Source: Lytechinus pictus (lineage: Eukaryota). From it: DNA of 64,000 nucleotides. The DNA is taken from assembly GCF_037042905.1 (NCBI RefSeq), contig NC_087253.1, positions 1,550,001 through 1,614,000 of the forward strand, given 5' to 3'. Positions 11,893 to 27,000 of this stretch are shown one piece after another. The translations under genes and the position numbers were made by a program. How positions within the stretch are numbered: the stretch's first letter is position 1; every line of letters starts with the position of its first letter. Under the pieces are notes generated by a model. It saw only the letters and a list, made by a program, of their open reading frames with translations. It had not been told where the DNA came from and did not search any database.

Positions 11893-14800
11893 CGCCAAAA
11901 TATCTGTTTCCCGTGATCAAACTAAAAGAAGCTATGTTCTGATAAGAGAGAAAAGTTGGGAAGAGAGTATAGAATGAAGAAATGGTAAAAGGAAAAATTT
12001 ATTTATAAATCGAAGAAATTATACAAACATGGCGGGGGGCGCTTCATCTCCCGGACGAAACCAGAATAGATTTAAGCGAAAGTGCGGGGGGGGTGTAGAT
12101 ATGTTCACCTTTACTAAACCTAAGAAAATATTTCACTTTTCGCGTTAGATTTGTCAAAATCTACACATCACGTAAAGTTCGCTTGCAAATTCTTAAAATT
12201 TACTGTGATCTGTTCTAAAGTAGTAAATTGATATAACATGTCTACATCTAACAGAGATATGCGATATTATATCGAATTTTTCAAAATAGTTCTAAAGTTA
12301 CTCAACTAAAATATACGAGCTCACTATTTGATATGAATCTGCCGCTTTGTAAGACTAGGTTCCTGCCCTTTACATTCTATCCCGACAACTTATCCATGGG
12401 GTATACCCAGTTGTTGTGTGTCCGGACAGGTTGTGTGTCCGGACGATCAATTTTAGAAAGTCATTTGGAAAAAATTACAAGCGAAGTGTCATCAATTTTT
12501 AGTACAAAATGTAAGGAAATATTATAGAGAACAAAATATAAGATGATTACAACTATTGAATTCATATTTTTAGTGTAATCTTAAGACAAAAAAGAAGGCT
12601 TCAAAAATATAAAGTGTCCGGACACCCGATCCCCCATCCTAGATCTTAAACAGAAAATTTGACATTTATCATACCACATTTTTTTTCACTGCGTTTTTAA
12701 TATTCATCATATTTCCTCCAAACTTGCTCAGGTTATCAAGAAATACCTCTAATTATTATACTGACCTGACGATCGGCAAAAATGACTTAAAAATGCAAGC
12801 AAAATTCGTCAAAAACTGTCAAAAAATTGGCAGTGAGTTCTCTAGATCGCAAAGTTGCAAAGAGAATGAAGTTTGTTTACAAACAGTAACTATTGTTGCC
12901 ATGGCGGGGGCGCGGCTGTTACCAGGGCGTGGTCACCCATATTGCGTATGAATGCCAAGGCGCTGCGCCGTTATGCAGTCATGTTATTGGTGCATTTTGA
13001 TGAGCGTTCTATGCGTAGTCGGCTGACTTTTTACTTTCAAGTTTACTATTATTACGTAATGTTTTAAGGATGACGCAATAATAAAAATGTCAAAAAAATA
13101 ATGTAAAATATCAACAAACTTGATGTTATTCATCCGACTTGGTAATTTTGATGCAACTTCAATCAGATTATATTAAAAACTATTAAGTGTGCAGTGCTAG
13201 CTGATAAATGTTGTCAATCAGATCTGCAAATGAATATAGAACATACGAAGAGGGTAGGTGCTTTACAAGATAAAGCAACGCAAGCACGTAGAACTAGCAA
13301 AAAAAAATATTATATTGAATACATTTTTATCAAATTGTAAATCAAACAAAATAATGAAAGCTTGGTGCCTGAGTTTAAATATGTTTTGAATATTGACTTC
13401 ATAACAAGATATTTTAAGCTCCATTTTAATAAGCCACTTGAGTAAGATCTGTTTTTCATCGAATAGGGAATGTGAGTGCGAAGTGCGACCGAAAATTTTT
13501 TATAATGAAACGAAAGAATTTTTCCACATCTTCCTCTCACCTTATTTTATTCAATTGTCTTTCACCTCTTACTTTTCCTCTTTTTCTCCTCTCCTTTCTC
13601 TTTTTTTCCCGTTTTTACGCCACCATAAGTGGGGCCGGGCCGCGTAACCATTAGCCCCCCCCCCCCAGGATCCGCCTATGGAGAGGAAGGGGTAAAGTAC
13701 CACTTGGTCTTTCTGTTTGGTATCATCAAAAAATCTGATCCTCATTAATCTACTGTCCGTCTACTAACCACTAAGTTTAATTGCCATTTCGCCCATAATT
13801 TTTGTCTAATTTCTAGTGAGGCTATATTCATGTTGTCTGATACCCAATTCGTCTCACATTGCTCGGTCTATATGAACTGTTTATAAACCAAATTTTCATT
13901 TGACAAAGAGCAAAGTAATAAGGAGAAAAGGTGAATATCTGGACATTAAAATAATTAAGTTAGACAAAGCTGGCATAACACCAAGTGATGATTGAACCGA
14001 ATTGTAATTAGACCAAATTAATATTAGAAGAACCGATTTAAGCCACGATGGTGTTAGACGATCCAAGAATTGTACCATCTGCTAGACTCTATGGATACAA
14101 ATCAAGAAATGAGAGAGAAAAAATACAGAAAGGAAAAGCAAAAATATTCAAAGAGAGAAAAGGAGAAGTAATTTGAAAGAAATCACCGAGATCCCATAAC
14201 AAAGGATATTCAGGACAATATTTCATATATTTGAAGAGATTTTTTTTTATTGCATGACTGCATGGTACAGAATATCAAGTTATACAAACCAACTAAAACC
14301 ATGTGCACCAACTCTTTATGCAAATCTTCCAAGAAAATCACAATTACACAATTAAGGCAAAATTTTGAGCTATCCGTAACAAAAGAACACAAAATTAGGA
14401 ATCTTTACAAGCAGTAACACACCAAACCATTGACTCACCGCAAGAAGGTCATATATGCCAAGTAGCACTAAGGACTTTCTTGCGGGTGAAGTCAACAAAA
14501 TATACTTGGTATACAATAAAAATAGGATAGAAGCAAATAAATTGGATTACAGTTGTGAACTGGTTCATTTTTTCATGCTCTAATAGAAGCATAACAAAAT
14601 ATGTTTTTAACGATGAAGTACAGGGGTTCGTTTCACAAAATCATTATCACTCTCTATGACAACCTAGTGTGTTTTAAGATTAATACATGATTCTATGAGA
14701 TATGCATGAATTTAGGATAACTGCTTGTGAAACAGGGCCCAACCAGACCATGTATGAGTTAAATCTACAGAGATTATGATATAGCTTTCAATCCAATACA

Positions 14801-17800
14801 AAATAAACTGCTGTAATTTCTGTGTATGTCAATTACTACCAAGAAAAGAAAAATTTCATGTAAAGTTTACTTTGCTAAAAATTTCATTACAATTTGTGAT
14901 ATTCAAAGAAATACATCAGCTTCATGTCAATAATCAAAGCACACTGGTGTTTCACAATGCAGTTCTAGGTCATGTCCAACTTTATACAAAACTTTACGAA
15001 CAACTTGAACATGTTTTGAATGCCAAGTCAGCTAGCTACATAGGGAAACAAGTGGGCGTTTGGTAAAGCTTGTTCGTAAAGTTACGCAAAACTGGAACAT
15101 GTTCTTAGGTCATATTATCAATTATACAGGGATATCATTTAGCACAAGAAAGGTTTACCAGTCATGAGTACAGTCATTCTTATCTCACGAACAGCTTTAC
15201 GAAACGTCCACCAGGGCCTGCAACACAAAGGTAAGCGATTAATCGCTAAATGAAATGGCCTATCAGCATCATCGTTGCATACATATTTCAATCTGAAGAC
15301 TAATGAGGAACCAATCAGAATTGTTATTTCAAATTAATGATTAATTGCTGACCTTTGTGTTACGGGGCCCAAGTCGTTCTTAGTCATACAGCTTTCTGCA
15401 ATGGCATATTGATACAAATCAGAATCAATTGTGCACGATGTCATACTAATAGCAATACTTGCAAATCGATGTATTCTAATAAACAAAAGATTTGCTACAG
15501 TGCCAATAAGGATTGTTTTTTTATTGATGGGACTACACCTGCATCCCAGTCAACTATTAAGATAACTTTGCCACCCAACGGTTACACTGAATTCCTGATT
15601 TTGATTGGTCGTTAAGCATTGTTACCATGGTAGTTACCTTTTGGATGGCAACGTTACCAAGTCAGAAACTCTCATGCAATTTGTGTGTCAATCTAGTTGA
15701 GTGGCACCACTGACTTCCTTTAAATACCTTTTAAGGATCACATCTAACATACACAGCTGCAGAGTTGGCTTGTGATGACTGCATGTATGCAAAACAAACG
15801 GTGAACACAAGTCCATGTCATCCCTCATGACGCAAGAAGTACGGTTTTCAAAATCTCAATTATGACAGTGGACAAACAAGAGCATGCGATGCGATGAATG
15901 CGCAGTGCCTTGAAATGATGTTATTACATCACAGTCCAGATTTCGACATCCTTACCTAAAACTCCCTAATTCTATGTGCCTTGGGTTTGCATTTCATGCA
16001 TGATAAGGAACCAACAAAAATGAGTAATCAGATGACAATGACATTGCCTGATTTTTTTTTCTGACATAGCAACACAACACTGATATTACAATCTGCATTA
16101 GTGCACAATGTATAATGCAAGAATTACAAGTGTAATCAGTCATTACCATGGTCAGTTAAAGCAGAACATTAATATGAAGCGTACATGACAATATCTGGGA
16201 TAAGGCAATATCACAAATATATCACACTTTATTTTGGGCAATAGTTTCTACCATTTCCATAGAAGCCAGTTGATAACGATTTTCTAACTCACAGATGGAC
16301 CAAACTAAATCACACACATAAGCATAGAAGTGGAATAGAAAGCAACCAAAAAGTGCCCACATAAATGTCCAAATTTATTTAATTCCAATAAAATGTAATA
16401 TATGATTCAATTTGGCCATGGTTCTGATCATACAGAGAGTTATTTCCATATGGTTTTACCGAATACTATCCAAATTATACAATCCAACAACCATAGATTT
16501 CTTCCACACACTATGAAATAGAAAATGATTGACCTTTTCAATTGACATCAACCTACCATTTCTAAATATTCAGGACAGTTTCTACACCATTGACTTTGAT
16601 ATTGTGAAAGAGTATTAGTTCATTGGAAATACAGAAAATCTTCTGAGTGTGATTAAACATTTTTCGTCTACCTGTATTTCTGACCCTAAGTTTTAAGTGC
16701 AACAGTCTATCGATCCTTACTGTGGACTAATACAGCATATTATCTCAAGCCTATTTTTAATGACCTAGCACGGTGCTTTGTATGTAACATTCCATAGAAT
16801 CTTACTCAAGTGTCCCTTTGTCTTTGTTATTTTTCTTCAAATTAATTGAAGAATGATGAATATGGCTGAATGTTGATCAAATTGGCTGCTATCTGACATG
16901 GTCATTTTAAAAAGGTGGCTTCAAGTTTGCCTAACCAAAGATCAACTTTATTAATACCTGCACTATGTGCATCTGATTCAATGCTAGTTTCAATATACCC
17001 CCCCCCAAAAAAAAAAAAGAGTCATACTGTTTTGAAACCATACTGCCAGAAATCACAAAGGTGGTTTCAATGGATAACATAGATAACTTGTTTTATTGTG
17101 CATCATTCAATATGAATTTTGCGCTGTCTGCCAAATACAAAAATTGATGATCGTACTTTTCTTGATAACACAATGAAATAAGCATAATTATGTATGAGAA
17201 ATCTACATTGACAATGGTTTAGTACGATGGTACAATTAAAACCACCTCTGTAAATTCAGGTAAATGTATCTGTAATGGCAATTGCATTAGAATAACTTGA
17301 AAAACAAATGACCAGCTATAAATGCAAGTGGTTAGCAATCTCAAGAAAAACAAGCACGTACGCATGCTTCTTTCCCCTAACGAAGAGTAATCCAGCACTA
17401 TCTAAACATGCTATGTGCCGATACGCTTGGGTATAGTGACAGGTTATAAAGTTGGTATGTAAAATCATCGCAGATGGAGAAGGACTACACTGTACATGCT
17501 CATACATATGCAATTTTGATTATATATTATCTTATAATAATACCTAACAGAAACAATAACTAAAAAAAGAAAGAAATTGATTCACAGAAATAACCCCTCC
17601 TCATTATTACACTCGTACACAGTGGATCCTTAGCTGCCATGCTTCGTCAAATTGGCAACTCCAAACCACGCCTCTTTTTTATAACGACATTTTTCAAGCT
17701 TTTACAATTTTTTTTTCAAGTTTTATTTTTCAAATTCCTCTGCAGTGCAGCCATACTAAAGCCTATACTTCATGATTGTAAAACGTGTAAAAAAATTAAT

Positions 17801-18045
17801 ATGCCACGTAGAAAATAAATATAATCTCATAAACTTAGGCAGGTAAATTATATAGATTCAGCATATGTACCTGTGAGAATATTAATTTGGTAATAAAAAA
17901 TGAAAAAGAACTGAAATTAAAAAAGAAACATCAGATGCGAAGAATCGACGTAAAACTAAACTGTATAGGCTCCACTGCAGAGTAGCATTTCTTGGTTTCT
18001 CCTTTCTTTCTCCTCCTCCTTGTCATCTTACCGAGAGGTCAAAGG

Positions 18046-21000
18046 TTAAACGGTCACCTGACTTGGTTTTCCAAAGCTTCCCCTTCCTCCTCGGTATGGG
18101 ACTTGATTACGGGGGCCTCCCTGGGCACCACGACCTAAAACACAAAAAGAACAAAATTCGTACACTGCCTTGATGACCATAACTACTATCAAAGTTAAAG
18201 GGGTACCCCAGGCTAAATAAGAATTCAAATTTACAGATAGGATAAAAAGATCTTCATAACATAGTATTAAATTATATTACACGTTCCAAAAGGAATCAAA
18301 ATGAAATTGATAGAAGGAAAACATTGAAATATTGGAAATTTCATACAATAACATACAAAAGAAATAGTGTCTGCTGTCATCAGATAACTCATTTGCATAT
18401 TGCCCATCAAGTGTACATTCGACTCTGACAAAGTCATATTTCTTTCAACCACACATTTTGCATTTTCTGGACCCCGTAACACAATATCTATATCTTTAAC
18501 CCCAAATAGACTGGGATCTTTCGACACCTAAGAAGACACGGGGGGGTTGCTGATTCAGCCCCCCCTTATGATCTCGGCCGTCAATCGCAACGAAAATTGG
18601 CATGCGCGTTACCCATTGCATAATCTACAGACTGTAGGATCAAATTCTTTCCAATCAATTTCAACTGTTTATTTGCGGGACTCGACCCAGGGTGGGAAAT
18701 AGTTTTGATTTTCAAGGGGCTATCTTTTATTCAACATTTGGGTGACTGCAGAATTTTGGGGGCTATTTCTTTCAATTCAAAGGGATACATGTACTTTTAA
18801 GGAGCAACAACCATTTGTGCAGTAAATGCAAGTATCATTATTCTGCCGCAGTTAAGATAACGATTTTCTAAATAATCTTGAATGTCGTTTGTGATAGCTC
18901 TTGGGCCGAAAGAAAAGGCATGCATTCTGAATGAATTTAAGGGTGATTTGGGCCGTCATGAGGGCAATATCAATAATCGGCCTCATGCACTTCCTACAAA
19001 GACCTAACATTTGATGATTGTTGACTTACCGCCGCCTCTAGGTCCACCTCGTGGCATGCCTCCTCGTCGGTTGTAGTAGTTCTGTTCTTGTTGAACTTGA
19101 CTGAAGCTACCATAACGAGCTTGTGGGTTGTAACTCATATCAGGTCCTCGAGGTGCAAAGGCATCACGATGACCAAACGTATTGAAATTCATTTGACCTG
19201 CAAGTAATGATTTATATTACACCATTATATGAGAAAGAGGGCTAAATTTCCCACATGAATGCCTCCAAGACCCCTGGAAATTAAAATGGAGCCCCTTAAA
19301 TTCTGATAGAGCTGAGATCTGTAATACCAAGTAGCAAATTTTGGGTCAAGAGTTAACAGAGTAGCACTGTAAAGTGATTTTTTAATTTATTTTCCCCAGA
19401 TTATGGTGCATTGCAAGAGACCTATGTTCAATTGCATTTAATCAAAGGATTTTTGGCTGTGGTTTATTTGAAATTTCATGCACATTTCTTTCAACATCTC
19501 AATAGTCTATTCCAGGAACATGAATACAGTAAAACCTGAACATAAAGACAACCAAAGGGAGACAGGAAAAGAAAACGACCTTAATGAGCAGGGCCCGTTG
19601 CACAAAGATATACATTTCGCTAAAAAAAAAGTCCCTAATATGTGTGTTTCCTTTGTTGAAAATCAAGTGTTTGACTTCTTTGAGTTGTGTTTGATCAAAA
19701 CTTTTATGCAACAGGCCCCAGGCAATCTTTCTGGACAGGGTGCTGTTGTTCAAGTTTCATTATGGATTTTTTTTTCAAGGGAGACACATCTTGTGGTCCT
19801 GAAGCTACTAAAATCCTTGCATCCCCCCCCCTGGATTCAAGAGATGCACCGATTATTACCTCCTCTAGATTGGGGAGCAGTGTAGCGAGTTCCACCCCTG
19901 ATAAAAGGAGCATTTCCCCTGCTACCACGGAAGTTAGGATTCCCACCACCGCCTCGAGGCTTGCCACCACGTCCATTCTTGTAGTATCCCTGGTAGTTGC
20001 TGCCGTATGAGTTACCTACAAAGAAAGGATATCAATGATCAGGATGTAAAAAGATAACACTGGGAATAAAAAATTGAAATAATGCCATTTGATCATTACG
20101 TATGAAGATGGTATGTAAAATTTTGTGAAATTTAGATGGAGTTTGACTGAGTAATCGAGGTTTAAACTCAACGTTGTGATCTTGTGGGGTTTAAAAAATA
20201 AAGAATTATTCTAGTGCATATTTCTCAAGACCTTCAAATGGGTGAACATCAAACCTCGATAGCAAAAAATCAAGCACATGAACCCATGTTCATTATTTGG
20301 AATAATTAGGTGCTAAAGTAACTCGTGTGCAAAATTTGGTGAAAATAACATGGATTTAATTTTAACTGTGGAACATCCTTAACCCTAAATAGACTGGGCT
20401 ATTTCGAAACCTAAGAAGACTGGGGGGGGCTGATTCAGCCCCCCCTTATGATCTCGGCCGTTGACCGCGCGATCGCGACGAAAATTGGCACGCGCGTTAC
20501 CCATGGCATTATCTACAAAAATATAATATCAAATTCTGCAAAAAATCTCATTGTTCATTAATTATGCTAATTTATGCGTAAAATCATAAGTTTGCTCTAA
20601 TTAATAAAATAATGCCCCTAAAATGCTAATTTTTGTTTCACATACTCTAGATAAGCATCTGATCAAATTTATTGTAAAAAAATTTCAACATCACATTTAT
20701 TTTCTTATGTATTCTATTGTTTTTCTAAATTTCTTATGTATTTCTTTGTTTTTCAAATTTTTGTTTTTTATTGTTTTTTAAATGGAAAATTGTCGGGACT
20801 TTATTTTGACCATAAAAAAAATTAAATTAATTGATTTTAAGCAGTAAAAGGAAAAATAATGATACATTTATGAATTTTTGCTAAAAACACTATTTGCATT
20901 GGATTTGTACACAAATTCACGTTTTCCAGTAATTTTGGGTCTGCATGCACTTATGAAATGTTGCGTAATTTCGGAACCGCGTACCCGGGGGTCACAATTT

Positions 21001-24000
21001 TGGTCTCAAAAGTTGCGCGAGACTTGAAAGTAAAAAGTCGGCGAGCTACGCAGTCAAAAAAATTCAAGCAACGGATTTATCACGAAAAATGTCGAGGGGG
21101 GGGCTGAATCAGCCCCCCCCCCCCAGTCTTTTTAGGGTTAAATCTAGAAAATGGAGACAAATATTACTAAAGGAAGATTCCCACATATATGGGAGAGGGC
21201 ATACATATTTCATGGTATTGCTCAATTGACCAATTATAAATAGACCACAATGAATCATTACCATGTCCATCTGATGATTGCTGGTGGTGATCCATTTTCA
21301 TATCCTGCGAGGGTGAATGTGTCCTATCAACATCCCTCCCTCCAGAATGGTTGAAGTCCTGGCTCTGATCCATCCCAGTGTAAGCACCCATGTCTTGGGG
21401 CTGTCCCACTTGACCTGTGGGGTTGGACTGCATCTGAGGGGATGATCGCATGGTGTTGGTCATCTGGAAGGGTGGGGCGCTGGCATTCATTGTGGACTTG
21501 GGTGGAATGGATCCTGAAAAAAAAATCACAATAGTGTAATCTTGGCAAAAAGACATCTAAGATATAAGAAAAATTGTGTTTTCCCTTCAACGTGGGAGAA
21601 AAGATATAGGAATTTATGAAAGAGGACGTAGACCCTCCCCCCTCCCCATGAAATTAATCTATACTAACCCTGTTGTACATCTGATGTTTGTTCCCCAGGG
21701 AGCGGGATAGAAGCCTGTGAGGGATCAGTGATGGTGAGAGGACAAACAAACCCACCCCCTCCCCATGAAATTAATCTATACTCACCCTGTTGTACATCCG
21801 ATGTTTGTTCCCCAGGGAGCGGGATAGAAGCCTGTGAGGGATCAGTGATGGTGAGAGGGCTGGATGAAGATGGAACACCATCATTCCCAAGCTGGCTCGA
21901 ACCTGAGGAAGAGAGTAAGAGAAAACATCTAACCATTTTAATTGAACTTAATTGAGCTGGAAATTTATCATCTGAATAGGGGGACCATAAATTCAGATTA
22001 AAACCACATTAAAACCACATTCAAGAAGTTACAGTGAAAGATAATTTGTTTACCCGTTTCATAACATAATTTTTTACTGTGATATCAATAGGCATTTGCA
22101 TTTCATCGACTTTGAACTTTGACCAAATCTTTAAGATCTATGTAAACTGTTTGCAAATGAACACAGAATCAATGATTTGTATTTGGGCCTCGAGTTAACC
22201 TGTGATGCATAAATTCCCCATATTTGTTGAAATTAATGTTGACTCGAGTACCTTCATCAACCATTTCTTGCTACTATTCTTTTGGCACTAGCAAAGGTCT
22301 ATTGCTTGGAAAATTTATCTGAATCGTCCAATGGTTTAAAAACCTATTGGCATAGACCTAGAAAAAATTTGACCAATCAGAAAATCAGCATTTTATTTAC
22401 TCGTGTCATATCATGCAAATAATACACAATGACATCATAAAAATTACATGCCCTAGGTACCTTTCAAACCATGAGATTACCAGACATTAACAGGCTTTCT
22501 GTTTGCAAACATGAAAGACTGGTCACATGGAAAATTTCAGCCAACCATTTGATAAAGATCCATAACATGACTATCTACTGGTAAATAGTATACAAATATA
22601 CAATCATACTGGAAGATCTGGCTAAAACTATTCGCATCGAAGGAACATCACGTAGTACTATCGGCCCGAGGGAGAATAGTACTTTGTGATGTTCCTGAGT
22701 GCGAGGAGTTTTAGCCTGTTCCGAGAATGGGTCATTGTATATTTGTTTTATATCCCTTCCACTCATATCATTTTACAGCGAAACGAGTTTTAATAAATCG
22801 ATATAGAACAATCGATGAGAAGTTGAGAAAATAATAAGTCTTGCTGTATGGATCGTCTGTTCAGCGAGCGCACCAGGTTAGTGCAGCTCGCCGAAATTTT
22901 CCCGTGGCATGCAGTGGAGAGTACCGTTTGGCTGAGCAGCCAAACGGTACAACATATATCACCCAAACAAGATTTATATCGCCCGAGTCTTGACGAGGGT
23001 GATATCAATTTGGTGAGGGCAATATATGTCCTTTCGCCACCAGGCCAGTCAATATTGCTATTATTAACCAAATCAGACATCTAGAGCAAAAATCGTTAAA
23101 ATTGAGATATTTTCGCGTTTGAGAATGGGAATCTATTTTGTTATGTTGAGCAGACTGGGCCTCTGAACTTTACCATTGTGACGTAATTCAAATGACGCGT
23201 CCCTGGCCTGGGGACGCAGTATCCAGCGTTGTCTCAACTTGATTAACATTGTGACGTAATAGCACTGCGTGGTTCAAGGACGCGTACCAAAACGTGTAGA
23301 ATACCCGGCTGTTAGCTCTGCCTTATTGCCCGCTACATTTCCACGCATTTTCTCATTGACTTTCCTGAGCGGGCAATAAATTGGGCCCGTGGATAAACAA
23401 TTGGTAATTTATTGACTGGCCATTAGATCCCAGTCTTAAGCAGGCAACAATGTATCAAAGTTGCCCTGCTCAGATGTCTGATACGGTTAATAATAAAAAC
23501 TATTACATACCTAATGAAGGTGAGTAGCCTTCACTGTACTGTGATGAAGAGTGGGTGAGGTTCTGTTGATTTAACATACTAGTTTGTAACACTGACTGAT
23601 CCTAAGAAAAAAATGAGAGAAAATAAAGACATTACAAAGCTTTGGATACATTCTAAGGGTATTTAGAGAAATATTAACAACCAATTGCATTTATTAGATG
23701 TATATTTACAAGAGATACATAAATTGTAACTAGAGCTAATTGGTTTTTACTGCTTGTTGCAAGAAGTAGACCATCAATTAAAGGAAAATAAAACCTTTGA
23801 AACCAGATAGCTTGTGCGAAAACAGAAAAATCAAAGGAACATATCAACGAAAGTTCGAGAAAAATTGAGTCAATTATAAGAAAGTTATGAGCATTTGAAG
23901 CTTACATGTAGATCATTATTGTAATGTAGATGCTCCTGTTGGCAATACGACAAAGATGTGTCATGTCACATGTGAACCACTTTCCCATTACTTTTGTACA

Positions 24001-27000
24001 TATTTCTCTTAACCCTAAGAAGACTGGGGGGGGGGGGGCTCATTCAGCCCCCCTCAACATTTTTCGAGATAAATCCGCCGCGCGAAATTTTTTGACCGCG
24101 TCACCCACTGACTTCTTACTTTCAAGTCTCGCGCAACTTTTGAGACCAAAATTGTGACCCCCGGGTACGCGGTTCCGAAATTACGCAACATTTCGTAAGT
24201 GCATGCAGACCCAAAATTGCTCAAATACGTGAATTCGTGTACAAATCCAATACAAATAGTGTTTTTAGCCAAAATTCATAAAATGTATCATTATTTTCCT
24301 TTTACTGCTTAAAATCAATTAATTTCATCTTGTTTACGGTAAAAATAAAGTCTCCAACAATTTCCATTGAAAAAAAAAAAAAAAAAAAATTGAAAAACAG
24401 AGAAATACATAAGAAATTTAGAAAACAATAAAATACATAAAAAATAAATGTGATGTTGACATTTAAAAAAGATAAATTTAATCAGATGCCTATAAGGAGT
24501 ATGTGAAACAAAAATTAGCATTTTAGGGGCATTATTTTGTTAATTACAGCAAACATGATTTTATGCATAAATTAACATAATTAACCCTAATTCTCCCGGG
24601 GGGGGGGGCCATAATGGCCCCCCCTCGACAATTTTCGCAATATATCCGCTGCGCAAATTTTTTTGACCTCGCCGCTCACTGACTTTTTACTTTCAAGTCT
24701 CGCGCAAATTTTGAGACCAAATTTGTGACGACCGGATACGCGGTTACGACATTACGCAACATTATGTAAGTGCATGTCAGACCCAAAATTGCTCACAAAC
24801 GTGATTTCATGTACAAATCCAATGCAAATTGTGTATTTAGCCAAAATTCATAAATGTATCATTATTTCTACTTTTACTGATTGAATTTAATTAATTTTGC
24901 CTTGCTTATGATCAGAATAAGTCTGGAACGATTTCCATTGAAAAAACAATAAAAAAACAAAAAGTAAAAAAAACAAGGAAATACATAAGAAATTCATAAA
25001 ACAATAAAATACATAAGAAATTGATTTCCAAACTGAAGTTTTTTTTAATTGCGATTGTTAAGAATGCTACAAAGAATATTTTAACAAAAAATTAGCATTC
25101 TAGGAGCTTTATTTAGTGAATTAGAGCAAAAAGTATGATTTATGCATAAATTAGCATAATTAATTCATATAAAATAAAATCTCATTATTTTGGAAAATTT
25201 TACCATACAGCCTTGTAGATTACATCGCACACAACCAGCGTGCAAATTTTTGCGTCGCTCGAGCGATCAGCGGCCGAGATCTTAAGGGGGGGCCATAATG
25301 CCCCCCCCCCCCCCCAGAATGACAAGAATCAAAATACCCCGGGAGATTGAGGGTTAATGAGCAATGAGATTTTTCGCAGAATTTGATATTATAGTTTTGT
25401 AGATAATGCCATGGGTAATGCGCGTGCCAATTTTTGTTGCAATCGCGCCATCGATAGCCGAGATCATAAGTCTTCTTAGGTGTCAAAATAGCCGTCTATT
25501 TAAACTACCACTTTTATCAAATCTATCAGATCATGTATTCTTTCTATAGGAGGGCATGTCATACAGATTTTCAAAGAAAACATGTACATTATGGATAAAG
25601 AATTTGTATCTCCAGAAGAGCAAAAAGAGACATTTTGGGGGTATTTTATAGTCTATCAAAGGGAAATTGTTCACATGTGACATCACAAATAGTTATCGCA
25701 TTGCTAACGGGAGGATCTCCATAGCATTAATGATTGCAATATTTAAATGCTCATAACTTTCTCATTATTTGTCTGATTTTACTCAAACTTTCATTGATAT
25801 TATGCTTTGATGTTTTCATTTCCATACAAGCCCACTTGTTCCAAAGGTTTCATTCCCCTTAACAGCTAGAAGTACATCTTTCCAATTAATTACCAGGTTG
25901 TTTGTTGGACCCCAAAGTGCCATGGCATTGATGGCAAGTTTCTTGCACACCTCATAAGAAATATAATTTTCTCCTCAATGGTGAAAAATAATGTCCCAAA
26001 TGAAAAGGGTAAATCACAAAGCATCCAAGGATTAATGTACATATGTATGCAGGTGAAGTTTTGGAATCGCCAAAACAATATCAAATTGAAACTTATGAGA
26101 ATCACCTACACTGCACGCAGAAATGCTAGTATGGGGTTACAGATAGTTTCATTTTGTGTAGTTTTGTTTTAAGTTTTTACAGATTGTATTTGTTTTATCA
26201 TTTGTACAGTGCTTTGTAACTTTTGAAAAAGCGCTTAATAAGAAGTAATTATCATTATTATAGATGATTGGTTAATACTTTTCAACAATTTTTAGTCATA
26301 TTACGTCTGTGAGGTATAACTGATGAATATTGTCAAGAACTGTTCATGAATATGTTTTTTTTTTAATACAGCAAAGTCTGCATAAATCAACCTTCAATAA
26401 GTAAAATAATCACTCGATCGAAGCACTTTTTCAGACCAGAATAACTCATGCGACATTTACATCTCTTAAGTCGAATTCTGCCCAAGTTTGAGAAATTTGA
26501 CTTGAACATATGAAATTTTGTACAATCAATGGCATGATCTGTACCTGTTGTGCATCAACGGGTGGACTTGGAAACTCGGGGAGCTCGTTCATCTTGGTAC
26601 CCGTCGACGATGTCTGTGATGATCCATAATCAACCTGCGCACTGCTCGTACTCGACAGATCCGTCTGTCCACCATATCCCGTACTACCCGCATCCAATGT
26701 TTGGCTAGCGTAAGGTGTTTGGTCGGTAATAGATTGAGAGCTGTATGTCTGTTGGGAGCTGTCGTATCTAGACTGCTGCTGGTACGTCTGCTCAGCGGGC
26801 ATTTGTTGTTGTTGTGCCGCAGCGAGGGAGTCCGCTAACGTTTGGTGGTCTCTAGACTGTGTGGCCTGTTCCGTTTGTGACAGGTCTATGAAGAAAACAG
26901 CCAACATTATTAATCTCAGAGACATGGGATATAAAAACTTGAGCTTGTTTTTCGTACAATGTTTCATAAAGCTAAGTTTAGCACAACATAACTTAGGACT

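Larger units (their letters stand above)
23782..25858. mobile_element. TTAA-flanked non-autonomous DNA transposon (Kolobok-like) hosting two nested piggyBac-type elements
   Basis: TTAA|AGGAAAATAAAACCTTTG ... CAAAGGTTTCATTCCCC|TTAA. Confidence 0.7.

Noticed and set aside
5640-12960. Possible large transposon or viral insertion enclosing the kinase gene
   Set aside because: I found no matching terminal repeats, TSD, transposase or viral hallmark genes by eye; the repeated TGTCCGGAC motifs at ~12419-12622 have no partner on the left.
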